A stretch of 62,639 nucleotides of DNA, counting the filler. It is 8 parts of 8 records of this genome, joined end to end, with 100 filler letters (N's around TTAATTAATTAA, not from the genome) between each part and the next. Parts side by side here need not be neighbours in the genome. Positions count along the whole stretch, not along the records: positions 6,333 to 13,896 come from SRR31156797_22226; positions 13,997 to 21,433 come from SRR31156797_22231; 6 more parts are not named here. One strand, 5' to 3'. Made by a program: the position numbers and the translations under genes. The notes under the pieces were generated by a model. The model did not search any database. It was given only the letters and a program-made list of their open reading frames with translations, and was not told the DNA's origin. Positions 8,265 to 18,859 of this stretch are shown here, piece after piece; the first letter of the stretch is position 1; every line of letters begins with the position of its first letter.

Positions 8265-10673
8265 ATGAATGCACTGCTTGATACAACACAGATAAAGGAG
8301 ATGCTGGTTGTAAAAACAATCCGCAATATCAGAGGAGACGGAGAGGGGAAACACGAGGGACAGCAGATGTACCGGCCGGACGTCAAACTGGACCTTCAGC
8401 GCTCCCGGTTGATGACTGATTCTTACCGGATGACCGAGGGAGAGCCTATGGTTCTGAGAAGGGCTCGTGCGCTTGAGAACATACTGGACCGGATGGATAT
8501 CTATATTCTTGATGGCGAGCGTATTGTCGGCAGCAATGTGTCAACACCGCAGGGACTTTTCTTTGGGATTGACATGAACTGGCGTTCCGTCCAGCGTGTC
8601 GTCGAAGGCGATGCCGGAAGGTCTTTGCTGGATGATGAGGGGCGGCGGGATCTGGCCGATATGATTGACTACTGGAAGGGGAAAAGCATCAGTGATATCC
8701 AGCAAAACACTTTTACCGGCGATTTCCTTGAAGGATGGAAAATGGGCAAGGGGGGCGCCGGCTACTGGTCGCATTGGTCGGAACTTGGAATACCCAATTA
8801 TGAAAAGATTCTGGACATCGGCCTGAAGGGGATTATTAAGGAGGCCGAGACGCGCCTGACTGAAATAGATCGGACGGTTCCGGCGGACTATATCAAGCAG
8901 AAAGAGTTTCTGAATGCTGTGATCATTTCACTGCGTGCGGTCATACGCTTTGCCAACCGGTATGCACAATTGGCTCGAAAAAAGGCAGCGGAAGCTGAAA
9001 ATCCCTTTGAAATTAAAAGGCTGGAATCCATTGCCGAGGTCTGTGAGCATGTACCTGAACATCCGGCCAGAACACTGCACGAGGCGCTGCAATCGTTCTT
9101 TTTTATCCATATTATTCGTTACATGGAATTTTCATCGCTCGGAATAGGCGTCCGATTTGACAAGGTCTTCGGCGATTTCTATGAGAGGGACTTGCAGGTG
9201 GACCGGATCACTGAAGACGAAGCCTTTGAGATGATGCAATTGCTCTGGGTCAAGTTTCATGGTTTGGGTTTGGTCTATTCACCCACACTGTCTTCAGTTT
9301 ATGGCGGTGTTGCCTCTCTGCAGGGAATTACACTCGGCGGCGTTGACGCCGATGGAAAAGATGTGACCAATCGCATGACCTACCTGGTGCTGAAAACTGC
9401 CAAGGCAATGAGAACGCCCGAGCCAACTATTGCTTTACGTTGTCATGATGGTACGCCAACGGAGTTGTTTGAATCGGCATTGAATGTTGTTAAAACCGGA
9501 ATCGGTTATCCTTCCTTTTTTAACGACAAGGCTCATTTCGATCTTCTGGAGCGATGGAATGTTCCGTTCCAGGATGCATATGACTATGCTATTTCCGGAT
9601 GCGTCTACCTCGAATTGCCTGGAAAAAACATTTCACACCGGGCTTATGGAGGAATAAGCCTGCCCATGGCGCTTGTTCTGGCACTGAACCGGGGGAAATG
9701 CGTTTATACCGGGGATCAGGTCGGCGCCCCGACGCCGAATCCGTTAACGTTTAATTCAATTGATGATGTGATGGACGCCTACCTCGAACAGGTGCGATAT
9801 TGCTTCAACCGGTTATGCACCATCGAGAACATTTCAAGATCGCTCTATGAACGTTATTTGCCCAGACCATTCTATTCCGCTCTACTGGACGGCTGCATTG
9901 AACAGGGCAAGGAATCCAAGGAATGGGGCTATCCTTCGCCGGTAGACAATATCTGTATCGTATTAGGTCCCGCCAATGTTTCGGACGCCATTGCGGCCAT
10001 ACAAAAAGTGGTTTTTGATGAGGGACTGGTAGATATGAAAACCCTCCTGGATGCGTTGTCAGCTGATTGGGTCGGATATGAAGAGATCCGGCAGTTGATG
10101 TTGAATGCACCTAAATATGGCAACGATGATGACTATGCAGACAGTATTGCAGCCGATGTGCAGGTTCGTACCGCCAGGGCGATGATGACTTCAAAAAACC
10201 GATTCGGTCAATCATGCAGGGGAGACGGCAGCGGAATATCCGGTACATATGCTGCCGGATCTGTACTACCGGCGACTCCTGACGGGCGGAAATCCGGCGA
10301 ACCCCTCGCGGATGCGACGCTCTCTCCTGTTTTTGGACGGGATACAAAGGGACCGACTGCCGTGTTGAAATCAGCGTCCAGGATCAGCACGGTTGATACT
10401 CACAATCACCTTCTGAACCAGAAATTTTTACCATCGGCGCTGGAAGGGGAAAACAAGGGAAAATTCATCAGCTATCTTCAATCCTGGGCGGAACTTGGAA
10501 TCAGCCAGATCCAGTTCAACATCGTTGATCCGGAAACACTGCTCGATGCTCAAAAACATCCGGAGAATCATCAGGATCTGCTCGTACGCGTCGCCGGGTA
10601 TAGCGCATACTTTGTCGATCTCAGTAAGGGGTTGCAGGATTCGATCATCAACCGGACGCAACAGGATTTCTGA
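8265..10673 (+). CDS. glycyl radical enzyme (PFL-like superfamily), function unknown
   Basis: Gly loop LVRVAGYSAYF, Cys loop ISGCVYL, TPDGR..GEPLAD, PKYGNDD. Start revised to ATG 8265 (RBS GAAGAGG) rather than 8094. Confidence 0.9.
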   Translation: MNALLDTTQIKEMLVVKTIRNIRGDGEGKHEGQQMYRPDVKLDLQRSRLMTDSYRMTEGEPMVLRRARALENILDRMDIYILDGERIVGSNVSTPQGLFFGIDMNWRSVQRVVEGDAGRSLLDDEGRRDLADMIDYWKGKSISDIQQNTFTGDFLEGWKMGKGGAGYWSHWSELGIPNYEKILDIGLKGIIKEAETRLTEIDRTVPADYIKQKEFLNAVIISLRAVIRFANRYAQLARKKAAEAENPFEIKRLESIAEVCEHVPEHPARTLHEALQSFFFIHIIRYMEFSSLGIGVRFDKVFGDFYERDLQVDRITEDEAFEMMQLLWVKFHGLGLVYSPTLSSVYGGVASLQGITLGGVDADGKDVTNRMTYLVLKTAKAMRTPEPTIALRCHDGTPTELFESALNVVKTGIGYPSFFNDKAHFDLLERWNVPFQDAYDYAISGCVYLELPGKNISHRAYGGISLPMALVLALNRGKCVYTGDQVGAPTPNPLTFNSIDDVMDAYLEQVRYCFNRLCTIENISRSLYERYLPRPFYSALLDGCIEQGKESKEWGYPSPVDNICIVLGPANVSDAIAAIQKVVFDEGLVDMKTLLDALSADWVGYEEIRQLMLNAPKYGNDDDYADSIAADVQVRTARAMMTSKNRFGQSCRGDGSGISGTYAAGSVLPATPDGRKSGEPLADATLSPVFGRDTKGPTAVLKSASRISTVDTHNHLLNQKFLPSALEGENKGKFISYLQSWAELGISQIQFNIVDPETLLDAQKHPENHQDLLVRVAGYSAYFVDLSKGLQDSIINRTQQDF

Positions 10674-10866
10674 TCACATTGACGGAAAACGGCTGCTGAA
10701 TGTGTCCGGGAAAAGCAGTTGCATGTTGAAGTCTGGAATAATCCGGACTGTCAAGAGTGATACTGGAAAGGAAAAAACGCAGGTGGTCGGACCAGGCCCC
10801 TGGATAGATCATCTGCTCCTGCCTGTCGTTTTGGTTTATTGATAAATTCAAAAGAGGGAGAACGCC

Positions 10867-12390
10867 ATGAATATTGGAGAATGGACAACCCAATGGGCAT
10901 TTCTCAGGCCGGAGAAGATATGCCTGAAGTATGCTGACCTTGAATTAAGCTATCTCGCATTTAATCGGCGTATAAATCAACTGGCGCATGCATTTCAGGA
11001 GCAAGGGATTCAACATGGTGATCGTGTCTGCGTGTTGATGGCAAACAGCAACGTTTTTCTCGAGGTTTTCTTTGCCCTGGCCAAGCTGGGGGGGATCCTT
11101 GTGCCGCTCAATTTCCGCCTTGCAGCTCCCGAACTGGAGTACATCATCAACAATGCCCAGCCGAAACTGCTGTTTTACTCTCCGGAATTTGTGACTGTGG
11201 TTGACGATCTCCGGGCCAGGCTCGCTTCTGTTGAAAAATGTATCTGCGAAACAGAAGAGGCAGCCGAGGGAGACCAGACATATGAATCCTGGATAGCCGC
11301 TTATCCCGATACAGAACCAGTGCGTGAATCCGAGCCGGACATGGATGACACACTGCTGATAATGTATACTTCAGGAACAACCGGGAAGCCGAAAGGCGCT
11401 CTTCAAACCCATGGCAATATTCAGTGGACAGCAATCCAAGGTATCCAGACCTATCCCATAGATGCCTCGAATATTGGCGTCTGCTGCACGCCAATGTTTC
11501 ATATCGGTGGACTGAACGTTTCTGTAATTCCAAATTTATATCTTGGTGCGAAAATCATCATTCAGCGCCTGTTCGATCCGGTCGGTCTTCTCAGGCTGAT
11601 TGAGGAAAACCGGGCAACGAGTGTTTTTGGGATCCCCGTGATGTTCCTGTTCATGAGCCAGATGCCGGAGTTTGAGACCACGGATTTTTCCAGCATCAAT
11701 TTTCTGGTTACGGGCGGATCCCCATGCCCGAAACCTTTAATTGAAACCTATCAGAAAAAAGGAGTGACCTTTGCACAAGGTTACGGCCTGACCGAATCCA
11801 TTGGCCCGATCACCGCTTTACTGCCGGATGAATCAGCAGATCATATCGGATCCTGCGGGAAGCCCCAATTTCACACGGCTGTGAAAGTCGTGGACTTAAC
11901 TGGAAATGAAGCGCCTGTTGGCGAGACGGGAGAGATACTGGCAAAAGGTCCCATTATTTTCAAAGGGTACTGGCAACGTCCTGAGGAGACCGCCGCCACT
12001 CTGGTTGATGGCTGGTTGCACACTGGTGACATGGGCTATTTCGATGATCAGGGCTTTCTTTATATCTATGACCGAAAAAAGGACATGTACATCAGCGGGG
12101 GAGAAAACGTTTATCCGGCTGAAGTGGAGGATGTCCTGATGGGTATTCCCGGTGTGGCTGATGCCGGCGTTATCGGTGTTCCAGATGAAAAATGGGGCGA
12201 ATCGGGAGTGGCTATTATTGTCAAAGCATCTGATAGTGAGATCTCTGAAAGCGTGATCATTGAAGCCTGCCGGGGGAAGCTTGGCAAATACAAGATCCCC
12301 AAGAAGGTTGTTTTTACCGACGAACTCCCTCGAAATCTGGTTGGAAAAATTCTTAAGAAGGAACTCAGAGAACAATTTGTGGGCTTATAA
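10867..12390 (+). CDS. long-chain acyl-CoA ligase (AMP-binding, FadD/MenE-like)
   Basis: YTSGTTGKPKG, QGYGLTE, GWLHTGD, DRKKDMYISGGENVYPAEVE. Confidence 0.9.
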   Translation: MNIGEWTTQWAFLRPEKICLKYADLELSYLAFNRRINQLAHAFQEQGIQHGDRVCVLMANSNVFLEVFFALAKLGGILVPLNFRLAAPELEYIINNAQPKLLFYSPEFVTVVDDLRARLASVEKCICETEEAAEGDQTYESWIAAYPDTEPVRESEPDMDDTLLIMYTSGTTGKPKGALQTHGNIQWTAIQGIQTYPIDASNIGVCCTPMFHIGGLNVSVIPNLYLGAKIIIQRLFDPVGLLRLIEENRATSVFGIPVMFLFMSQMPEFETTDFSSINFLVTGGSPCPKPLIETYQKKGVTFAQGYGLTESIGPITALLPDESADHIGSCGKPQFHTAVKVVDLTGNEAPVGETGEILAKGPIIFKGYWQRPEETAATLVDGWLHTGDMGYFDDQGFLYIYDRKKDMYISGGENVYPAEVEDVLMGIPGVADAGVIGVPDEKWGESGVAIIVKASDSEISESVIIEACRGKLGKYKIPKKVVFTDELPRNLVGKILKKELREQFVGL

Positions 12391-12408
12391 TATCAAATGG
12401 GAGGATGA

Positions 12409-13845
12409 GTGATGAAATCAAAAATCATTATAATTGTGGAACTGGTTATTATTCTGGGATTGGTCGGATTGTTGCTGACGCAGTATGTCTCGCTGAAGAC
12501 CGTCCGTCCGGTGGTTCGTGAACCCGCCGCCCCCGGAGAGTCAACCTTAAGTTATACTCCTCCTCCGCCGCCTCGCATGGCCATGGAAAGCCTGAATCGT
12601 CTGCTGGAGCTGAAAAAGGAGTTCAGTCCCAAGGTTGAAGAGGTCACGCCAAATATATTCCTGGCACGGGGATATTCACTCGGCAGTATCGCCATGGTTA
12701 TCACAGATGAAGGACTTGTGATCATTGATACGACAGGCAACCCGGCTGTGGCTGAGGAGATTTTCGCCAAGTTCCGCAAAATAACCGATCAGCCGGTGCG
12801 TTACATCATCTATACGCACGGACACCTGGACCACGTTTACGGGACGCCGGTGTTCATGGAAAAAGGAACCGAGGTGATTGCCACAAATGCCGCTGTTGAA
12901 TTCCTGAAACGCCAGGATGACTGGCTGAAAGAGAGCCATTTAAGGAGCCGGGAAAACCAGGCGGGTCGGACGGCTGCTGAGTATGCTACAAAACCGCTGT
13001 TTAAGACGCCATTTCCTCCCCAGAGTAATCGTACGCTGATCTGGCCCACCATCACATTTGATGAACAATACAGCTTTGAACTGGGGGGAATAAGGTTCGA
13101 ATTGACCCACACCGTCGGGGAGACGCCCGGCCATCTAATGGTCTGGATGCCCAAGGAAAAGGCGTTATTCCCGGGCGACATGTACTATTCAAGCTTTCCG
13201 AATCTGTCTACGCCAATGCTGGAGTCACGACCTGTGAAGCAGTGGTATGAGTGGATTGATCACATGGTCGCCCTGGAGCCGGAATACGTTATCCCCAGTC
13301 ATACACGTGCACTCAAAGGCAGCGCTGAAGTTCAGGACGTCCTGAAGCACCATGGAAAAGCGATCCGCTACGTCTATGAGGAAACCCTGAAAGCGATTAA
13401 TGAAGGGAAAACAGTTGATGAAGCGGTGCAATCAATCCATCTTCCGGAATCACTGGCTTCTCGCTGGCATCTGCAGGAGGTCTACGGAAGGGTTGACTGG
13501 TCCGTGCGCGGTATCTATCGAAATGAAGTCGGATGGTATGACGGCCGTGGAACCGGGTTGGATCCATTACCCGCGGGATATCACTCCCGAGAGTTGGTCC
13601 GGTTGTCCGGCGGCGCCGATAAGATACTGCAGCGCGCCATTGAATTGCAGGAATCCGGCGAACACCAACTGGCCTGTGAATTGGCTGATGTGGTCATTGC
13701 AGCCAATCCGAAAGAAAAGACCGCCCGCGTGATCAAAGCAAGTTCACTCGATTATATCGGCGTTCAGAGTGGAAACCTGAACACCTTCGGTTTTTACCGC
13801 TCAGCCGCAGCCCAGGAAAGGCAGTGGGCCGGAATTCGCCCATAG
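12409..13845 (+). CDS. membrane-anchored alkyl/aryl sulfatase (MBL fold, SdsA-like with dimerisation domain)
   Basis: N-terminal TM; YTHGHLDH, GETPGH, FPNL, YGRVDWSVRGIY..GWYDG. Confidence 0.85.
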   Translation: MMKSKIIIIVELVIILGLVGLLLTQYVSLKTVRPVVREPAAPGESTLSYTPPPPPRMAMESLNRLLELKKEFSPKVEEVTPNIFLARGYSLGSIAMVITDEGLVIIDTTGNPAVAEEIFAKFRKITDQPVRYIIYTHGHLDHVYGTPVFMEKGTEVIATNAAVEFLKRQDDWLKESHLRSRENQAGRTAAEYATKPLFKTPFPPQSNRTLIWPTITFDEQYSFELGGIRFELTHTVGETPGHLMVWMPKEKALFPGDMYYSSFPNLSTPMLESRPVKQWYEWIDHMVALEPEYVIPSHTRALKGSAEVQDVLKHHGKAIRYVYEETLKAINEGKTVDEAVQSIHLPESLASRWHLQEVYGRVDWSVRGIYRNEVGWYDGRGTGLDPLPAGYHSRELVRLSGGADKILQRAIELQESGEHQLACELADVVIAANPKEKTARVIKASSLDYIGVQSGNLNTFGFYRSAAAQERQWAGIRP

Positions 13846-13896
13846 AAAGATCATTTTCCATTTTGCTAATCCCCGATTGACCCAAAAGGAGAATAG

Positions 13897-13996
13897 NNNN
13901 NNNNNNNNNNNNNNNNNNNNNNNNNNNNNNNNNNNNNNNNTTAATTAATTAANNNNNNNNNNNNNNNNNNNNNNNNNNNNNNNNNNNNNNNNNNNN
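13897..13996. other. artificial contig spacer
   Basis: N44-TTAATTAATTAA-N44. Confidence 0.98.
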
Positions 13997-15431
13997 CAAC
14001 TTTACCGCCGGATTCGACGGCGGTAAGGTTCATGCCATTATCGGTAAAAACGGTTCTGGGAAGAGTACTCTTATCAAGATTATTTCCGGAGCCATACAGC
14101 CGACCAGCGGAACCCTCCGGGTCGATGGATCTGAAGTGACCATGGATACCCCCCTCGACGCTTTCGACAGGGGCATCGCCACCGTATATCAGGAGCTGAG
14201 TCTGATCCCCGATCTGACAGTTGCTGAAAACATTCTTCTGGGCCGTCTCTCTATGAGGGAGAACGGTCCCGTTAACCGGATCGACTGGAAGAGATCCTAC
14301 GCCAAAGCCCAGCATGTGCTGGATGAGATGGAAGTCGACATTCCGGTGGATTCACCCGTAAAGTATCTGAGCGTGGGGCAGCAGCAGGTTGTGGAAATCG
14401 CCAAAGCCATGAGCTACAAGCCCTCGGTCCTTATGCTGGACGAGCCCACTTCGGCCCTGGCGGCCCATGAAGTGAACAGTCTGTTCAAGGTCATCAAAAC
14501 CCTGAAAGAGAAGGGCGTGGCCATCCTCTACATCTCCCACAGACTGCAGGAACTGAATGAAATCGCCGATACGGTCACCGTTATTCGCGACGGCCATCTG
14601 ATCGGTAAAATAGATATGCAAGACGCTACTTCCGAACGCATCGTACACATGATGTTCGGGGAGGTGGAGCAGAAGGAGAGGCCGGCTGACCTGAAGGTTC
14701 AGGACTCGGTCATCCTGGAGGTGAAAGATCTGTGCCGCTCCCATCACTTCAGGAATATCAATTTCAAGGTGTTCAAGGGAGAGATACTGGGAATCGCCGG
14801 TATGCTGGGATCAGGAAGAACGGAGCTTTTGAGATCCATCTTCGGCGCCGACGGCTTTGACAGCGGCTCCCTGACCTTCGACGGCGCTCCCGTATCGGAT
14901 CCGGATCCCGTGAAGATGAAGAACCTGGGTATCGGCCTGACTCCGGAAAACAGGAAGGAAGAGGGGCTGGTTCAAATTCTGAGCACGAACGAGAATCTCT
15001 GCCTGGCCGCTCTGGACCGCATGGGCGGCAGAGGCGGAATCATCGACAGGAAGAAAGAAGAGGCCTATATCAGAAATCCCATAGAGAAGCTCCACGCCAA
15101 GGTGCCCCGGGGAGACCTGCCCGTCTCGTCCCTCAGCGGCGGCAACCAGCAGAAGATCGTGGTGGGCAACTGGCTGAATACCAATCCCAGGCTGATGATA
15201 TACGACGAGCCCTCCCGGGGAATCGACGTCCAGGCCAAGCAGCAGATCTTTCAGATCATGTGGGACCTGAGCCGCGAAGGGATCTCCTCTCTGGTCGTCT
15301 CGTCCGAGCTGGAAGAACTGCTGGAGATCTGTCACCGCATCCTGATCATGAGACACGGCGAACTGGCGGACGAGGTCAGGCCTGAGGATCTGACGATTGA
15401 ACAATTATACGCAATGTGCATGGAGGCATAA
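13997..15431 (+). CDS. sugar ABC transporter ATP-binding protein (RbsA/MglA-like), 5' truncated
   Basis: Frame open from the contig edge: GKNGSGKST, LDEPT, LSGGNQQK, DEPSRGID; two ABC cassettes. Confidence 0.9.
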
Positions 15432-15435
15432 CGAT

Positions 15436-16443
15436 ATGCTGCAATGGATTTCCAAAAACAATCCCTTGAAGAAGCAGATGCTTCTTTCGATTTTGGTGAT
15501 GCTCTGCATCGTCCTCTCTTTTTCGGCCCCCGGTTTTTTTACGGTGGACAATTTTCTGAATATCCTGCGGAACTCTTCCATGCAGGGAATCATCGCCTTC
15601 GGAATGACCATGGTGATGATCGCCGGCGAGATCGACCTCAGCGTCGGTTCCGCCGTGGCCTTCTCCGGCTGTATCACGGCCTGGGCGGTCAAGGCGCTGA
15701 CGACAATGGGCGTCACCCCCGGCGTCGCCGTCATCTGCGGGGTGCTTATCGCCCTGGCAGCGGGATTCTCTCTGGGAATAATCTCGGCTTCCATCAGAAA
15801 TAAATTCGATGTTCCCACCTTTATCATAACCTTGGCCCTGATGACCTCGCTGACGGGATTTGCCAATCTGATCACAGGCGGTTTTCCCATTACGAGCTTT
15901 CCCATGTGGTATAACTTCCTGGGGGGCGGGTATCTTCTCGGGATTCCCTTTCCCGCCATCGTCCTGGTCCTTGTGTTTGCAGTGGTAAACTTCATCATGA
16001 CATCCACCACCTTCGGGCGATCCATCTATGCGATAGGCGGCAATATGGAGGCCGCCCGGCTCAGCGGCATCCGGGTTTCCCGGATCAAGATGGCCGTTAT
16101 GGGAGTCACCTCCATGCTGATGGCCCTGAGCGGGGTTATGGTCGCCTCCCAGATTATGTCCGGTACGGCGTCAACCGCCCGCGGATGGGAGCTGGATGTC
16201 ATCTCGGCGGTCGTTATCGGGGGGACCAGCATGAACGGCGGAAGCGGAACGGTGAAAGGGACCTTTATCGGCGTCATCTTCCTGGGGGTTCTGGTGAACG
16301 GCATGACCCTGCTGAACATCAACGAGTACTGGCAGTACGTGGTCCGGGGCGGTCTGATCCTGGGCGCGGTTCTGCTGAATGTGGTACAGGAAAAGAAGAA
16401 GATCTACAGCATCGCCGAAGCGCCGGCAGGCTGCGCTTCCTGA
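15436..16443 (+). CDS. sugar ABC transporter permease (RbsC-like)
   Basis: GEIDLSVGS, GRSIYAIGGNMEAARLSGI, ELDVISAVVIGGTS; likely start ATG 15436 after GGAGG. Confidence 0.9.
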   Translation: MLQWISKNNPLKKQMLLSILVMLCIVLSFSAPGFFTVDNFLNILRNSSMQGIIAFGMTMVMIAGEIDLSVGSAVAFSGCITAWAVKALTTMGVTPGVAVICGVLIALAAGFSLGIISASIRNKFDVPTFIITLALMTSLTGFANLITGGFPITSFPMWYNFLGGGYLLGIPFPAIVLVLVFAVVNFIMTSTTFGRSIYAIGGNMEAARLSGIRVSRIKMAVMGVTSMLMALSGVMVASQIMSGTASTARGWELDVISAVVIGGTSMNGGSGTVKGTFIGVIFLGVLVNGMTLLNINEYWQYVVRGGLILGAVLLNVVQEKKKIYSIAEAPAGCAS

Positions 16444-16475
16444 CAGCCCTTCCGTTTCCGAGCGAACGAAAGAGC

Positions 16476-16530
16476 AGGTCCGGTTCCCTTCCGGTGAGAT
16501 GCCTCCGGAGACGGCCGGACCTTTCTTTTC
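16476..16530 (+). terminator. putative intrinsic terminator
   Basis: AGGTCCGG...CCGGACCT stem followed by TTCTTTTC downstream of the permease. Confidence 0.45.
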
Positions 16531-16554
16531 CAGTGAATATGACACGGAGGGCCT

Positions 16555-17490
16555 ATGCCGCGGGAGCAATTCGAATATCCTCTTTCCTCTCTTCCCAGAC
16601 TGAGTCATTTCGGTTATTCCGATTCCATTAAAAGCTACTGCTACGGTCCTCATTTCCATTATGGATACGAACTGATCTATGTGACGGGAGGTTCGGCGCG
16701 GACCATGCTGTATCAGGGGGAGGAGCCTGTTCTGCTGGAGCGGGACGACCTCTGCCTGATCCCGCCCCGCCAGATCCATGAGTTTGTCTATAAAAGCGAG
16801 GATATCGTTTTTTACTGGATGGGTTTTCAGACCGGAAGAACCGTTGCTGTGGCCGATCATCATATGGAGGAGCCCGAAAGGCTGCTGGGGCCGAGGAACA
16901 GACGGAGCGTCGGTTTTTACGAAAACATAGACGCACAGATAGAGGATATCTGCGGTGAGATTCCCCCGAAGACGGGGCGCCTGTATAAGAACGTACCCCG
17001 TTTCGCCTCCCTGTTCAGAGAGATCAGTCAGGAGATCCACAGGGCCGACGACTATGCGGAGCGCCTTATCTATCAGAAGGTTCTGGAGATCTTCCTGCAG
17101 ATCGCCAGGCAGGAACAGCTGGCAGCAGCAAAAGGCTGTGTTCAGGCAGGGGAGTCTGTCAGGCTCCAGTCCAGAGAACTTGGCTTCGCCGTGGAGTACC
17201 TGAAGGCACACTGCCGTGAAGGCGTGAGAATGGAAGCCCTGGCTCAAGAGATAGGATACTCCAAGGAGCATTTTTCCCGGCTCTTCAAAACACGCTATGG
17301 CCGTACGCCCAAGGAGTATCATGACAATCTGAGGTTGGAGGCTGCCAAAGGGGAGTTGAAGAGGGGGGGCTCCGTGGGAGAGGCGGCCTCGTCCTGCGGC
17401 TTCTCATCCAGTTCCTACTTCAGCAGCTGGTTCCGGAAGCAGAACGGCATCTCTCCCGATCTGTACCGTTACGAAAGCGGGAAGGCCTGA
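16555..17490 (+). CDS. AraC-family transcriptional regulator
   Basis: Cupin HFHYGYELIYV; C-terminal CGFSSSSYFSSWFRKQNGISP. Confidence 0.9.
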   Translation: MPREQFEYPLSSLPRLSHFGYSDSIKSYCYGPHFHYGYELIYVTGGSARTMLYQGEEPVLLERDDLCLIPPRQIHEFVYKSEDIVFYWMGFQTGRTVAVADHHMEEPERLLGPRNRRSVGFYENIDAQIEDICGEIPPKTGRLYKNVPRFASLFREISQEIHRADDYAERLIYQKVLEIFLQIARQEQLAAAKGCVQAGESVRLQSRELGFAVEYLKAHCREGVRMEALAQEIGYSKEHFSRLFKTRYGRTPKEYHDNLRLEAAKGELKRGGSVGEAASSCGFSSSSYFSSWFRKQNGISPDLYRYESGKA

Positions 17491-17572
17491 TGCGGCCGTT
17501 GGCCCGTCCCAGACCCGCCCGCCTCTCACCGGCAGCATTTTCGCTGCCAGATGGCGGGAGGCGCATCACTGA

Positions 17573-18622
17573 TCACCAGCTGGGAATTTCAAAATCCCTG
17601 GCGGCCTTGATCAGGGCCCGCATGTTGTCCGGAGGAGTGTTGCGGCCCATGGCGCAGCCGCTGGAGAGGATCAGGTTCTTCCCCTTTGTGCTCTCCAGAA
17701 TCTCCATGGCCTTGGCGTAGACCTGGGCGGGCGTTCCTAGAACCAGAGGCTCGCTCGGGTCCACATTCCCCATCAGGACGCTCCTGTCCCCCACGATTTC
17801 ACCGGCCCGCTTCATATCCACCTGCCAGTCCACTTCAATGATGGCGGGTTCCATAGAGGCCATGTCTTCTATGATTGCGTTTGTGTCTCCGCATATATGG
17901 AGGCTCCAGGGGATGCCGTAGTCCTGCACCTGCTTGCAGAGGGTCGCTTCGTGTTCCAGGGCGAACTCCCGATACATGTCCGGGCTTATCAGATTGGGTC
18001 CCGCATAGGAGTCTCCGATGGAGGTGGCGTGGGCTCCCGCGTCCTTCTGGGCTTTGGCAAATCTCAGATTGGCTTCCCGGCACCAATCCAGGGCCTCCCA
18101 TATCAGCCGGGGATCTTCGGTGACCAGTTCCATCATCAGGTTCTCTGTTCCCCGAAGCAGGCAGAGAAGGTCGAAGGGGCCCTGGTCGGAGCGGCCCATG
18201 ACGAATACATGGTCGCCGATCTTGTCCACGAGGGCTTCGGTGGCTTCCAGCCAGACCGGAAGCCGACCGTCCTTCAGGGGATCGGGCAGTTCCATGTCCC
18301 TGAACTGGCGCAGATCGGTGACCCTGGGATGATGCTCGTCGATCAGAGCGGGCTCGTCGGGATTGTCCCAGATCACAGTTCCGCCGCAGGCTTCCGCCAG
18401 GGACGCGTCGTCTATATCGATCACGCAGCCGTCATAGCCGTACTTTCCCTGGCTGATGACATGGCTTTCGGCCATCTTCATTCCGTTGGTAGCTATCTCT
18501 CCGATTTGGAATCCCGCCGTTTCGCAGGCGAACATAAAGGTCTGGGGAACGATAGGAACCATATCGGGCCTCTTGTGATTCAGTACGGACAGCACCCTTT
18601 CTTTGCTTGTCATCTTTTTCAT
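17573..18622 (-). CDS. uroporphyrinogen decarboxylase / MtaA-CmuA methyltransferase family protein
   Basis: MTSKERV, QGPF, ISPDMYREF, LHICG, MGNVDP, ILSSGC..TPPDN. Confidence 0.85.
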   Translation of the reverse strand: MKKMTSKERVLSVLNHKRPDMVPIVPQTFMFACETAGFQIGEIATNGMKMAESHVISQGKYGYDGCVIDIDDASLAEACGGTVIWDNPDEPALIDEHHPRVTDLRQFRDMELPDPLKDGRLPVWLEATEALVDKIGDHVFVMGRSDQGPFDLLCLLRGTENLMMELVTEDPRLIWEALDWCREANLRFAKAQKDAGAHATSIGDSYAGPNLISPDMYREFALEHEATLCKQVQDYGIPWSLHICGDTNAIIEDMASMEPAIIEVDWQVDMKRAGEIVGDRSVLMGNVDPSEPLVLGTPAQVYAKAMEILESTKGKNLILSSGCAMGRNTPPDNMRALIKAARDFEIPSW

Positions 18623-18859
18623 GTCTTCCTCCTGGATACGGGAAAATCATAGAACGGATCAATCTGCCGATGTTGTAGAGAAATTGATAATTATGTTTGG
18701 AAAATTGATATAGTCCCCCGTCGTCGATACGAGAGCCTTTCCTGCCCTGAATGTCTGACATCTTTTGCAAATTCTCTGTTCAGGGACAAAGCTTTTCTCT
18801 ATAATGTCAAAAACCCGTGGTCTTAAGGGCGGTGCGGGGAGAATCGGAGTAGTTAAAGA

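Noticed and set aside
10674-10866. Possible small FeS subunit gene (BssB/BssC-like) after the GRE
   Set aside because: Only a 9-codon MCPGKAVAC and a motif-less overlapping ORF; no Cys-rich 50-80 aa gene
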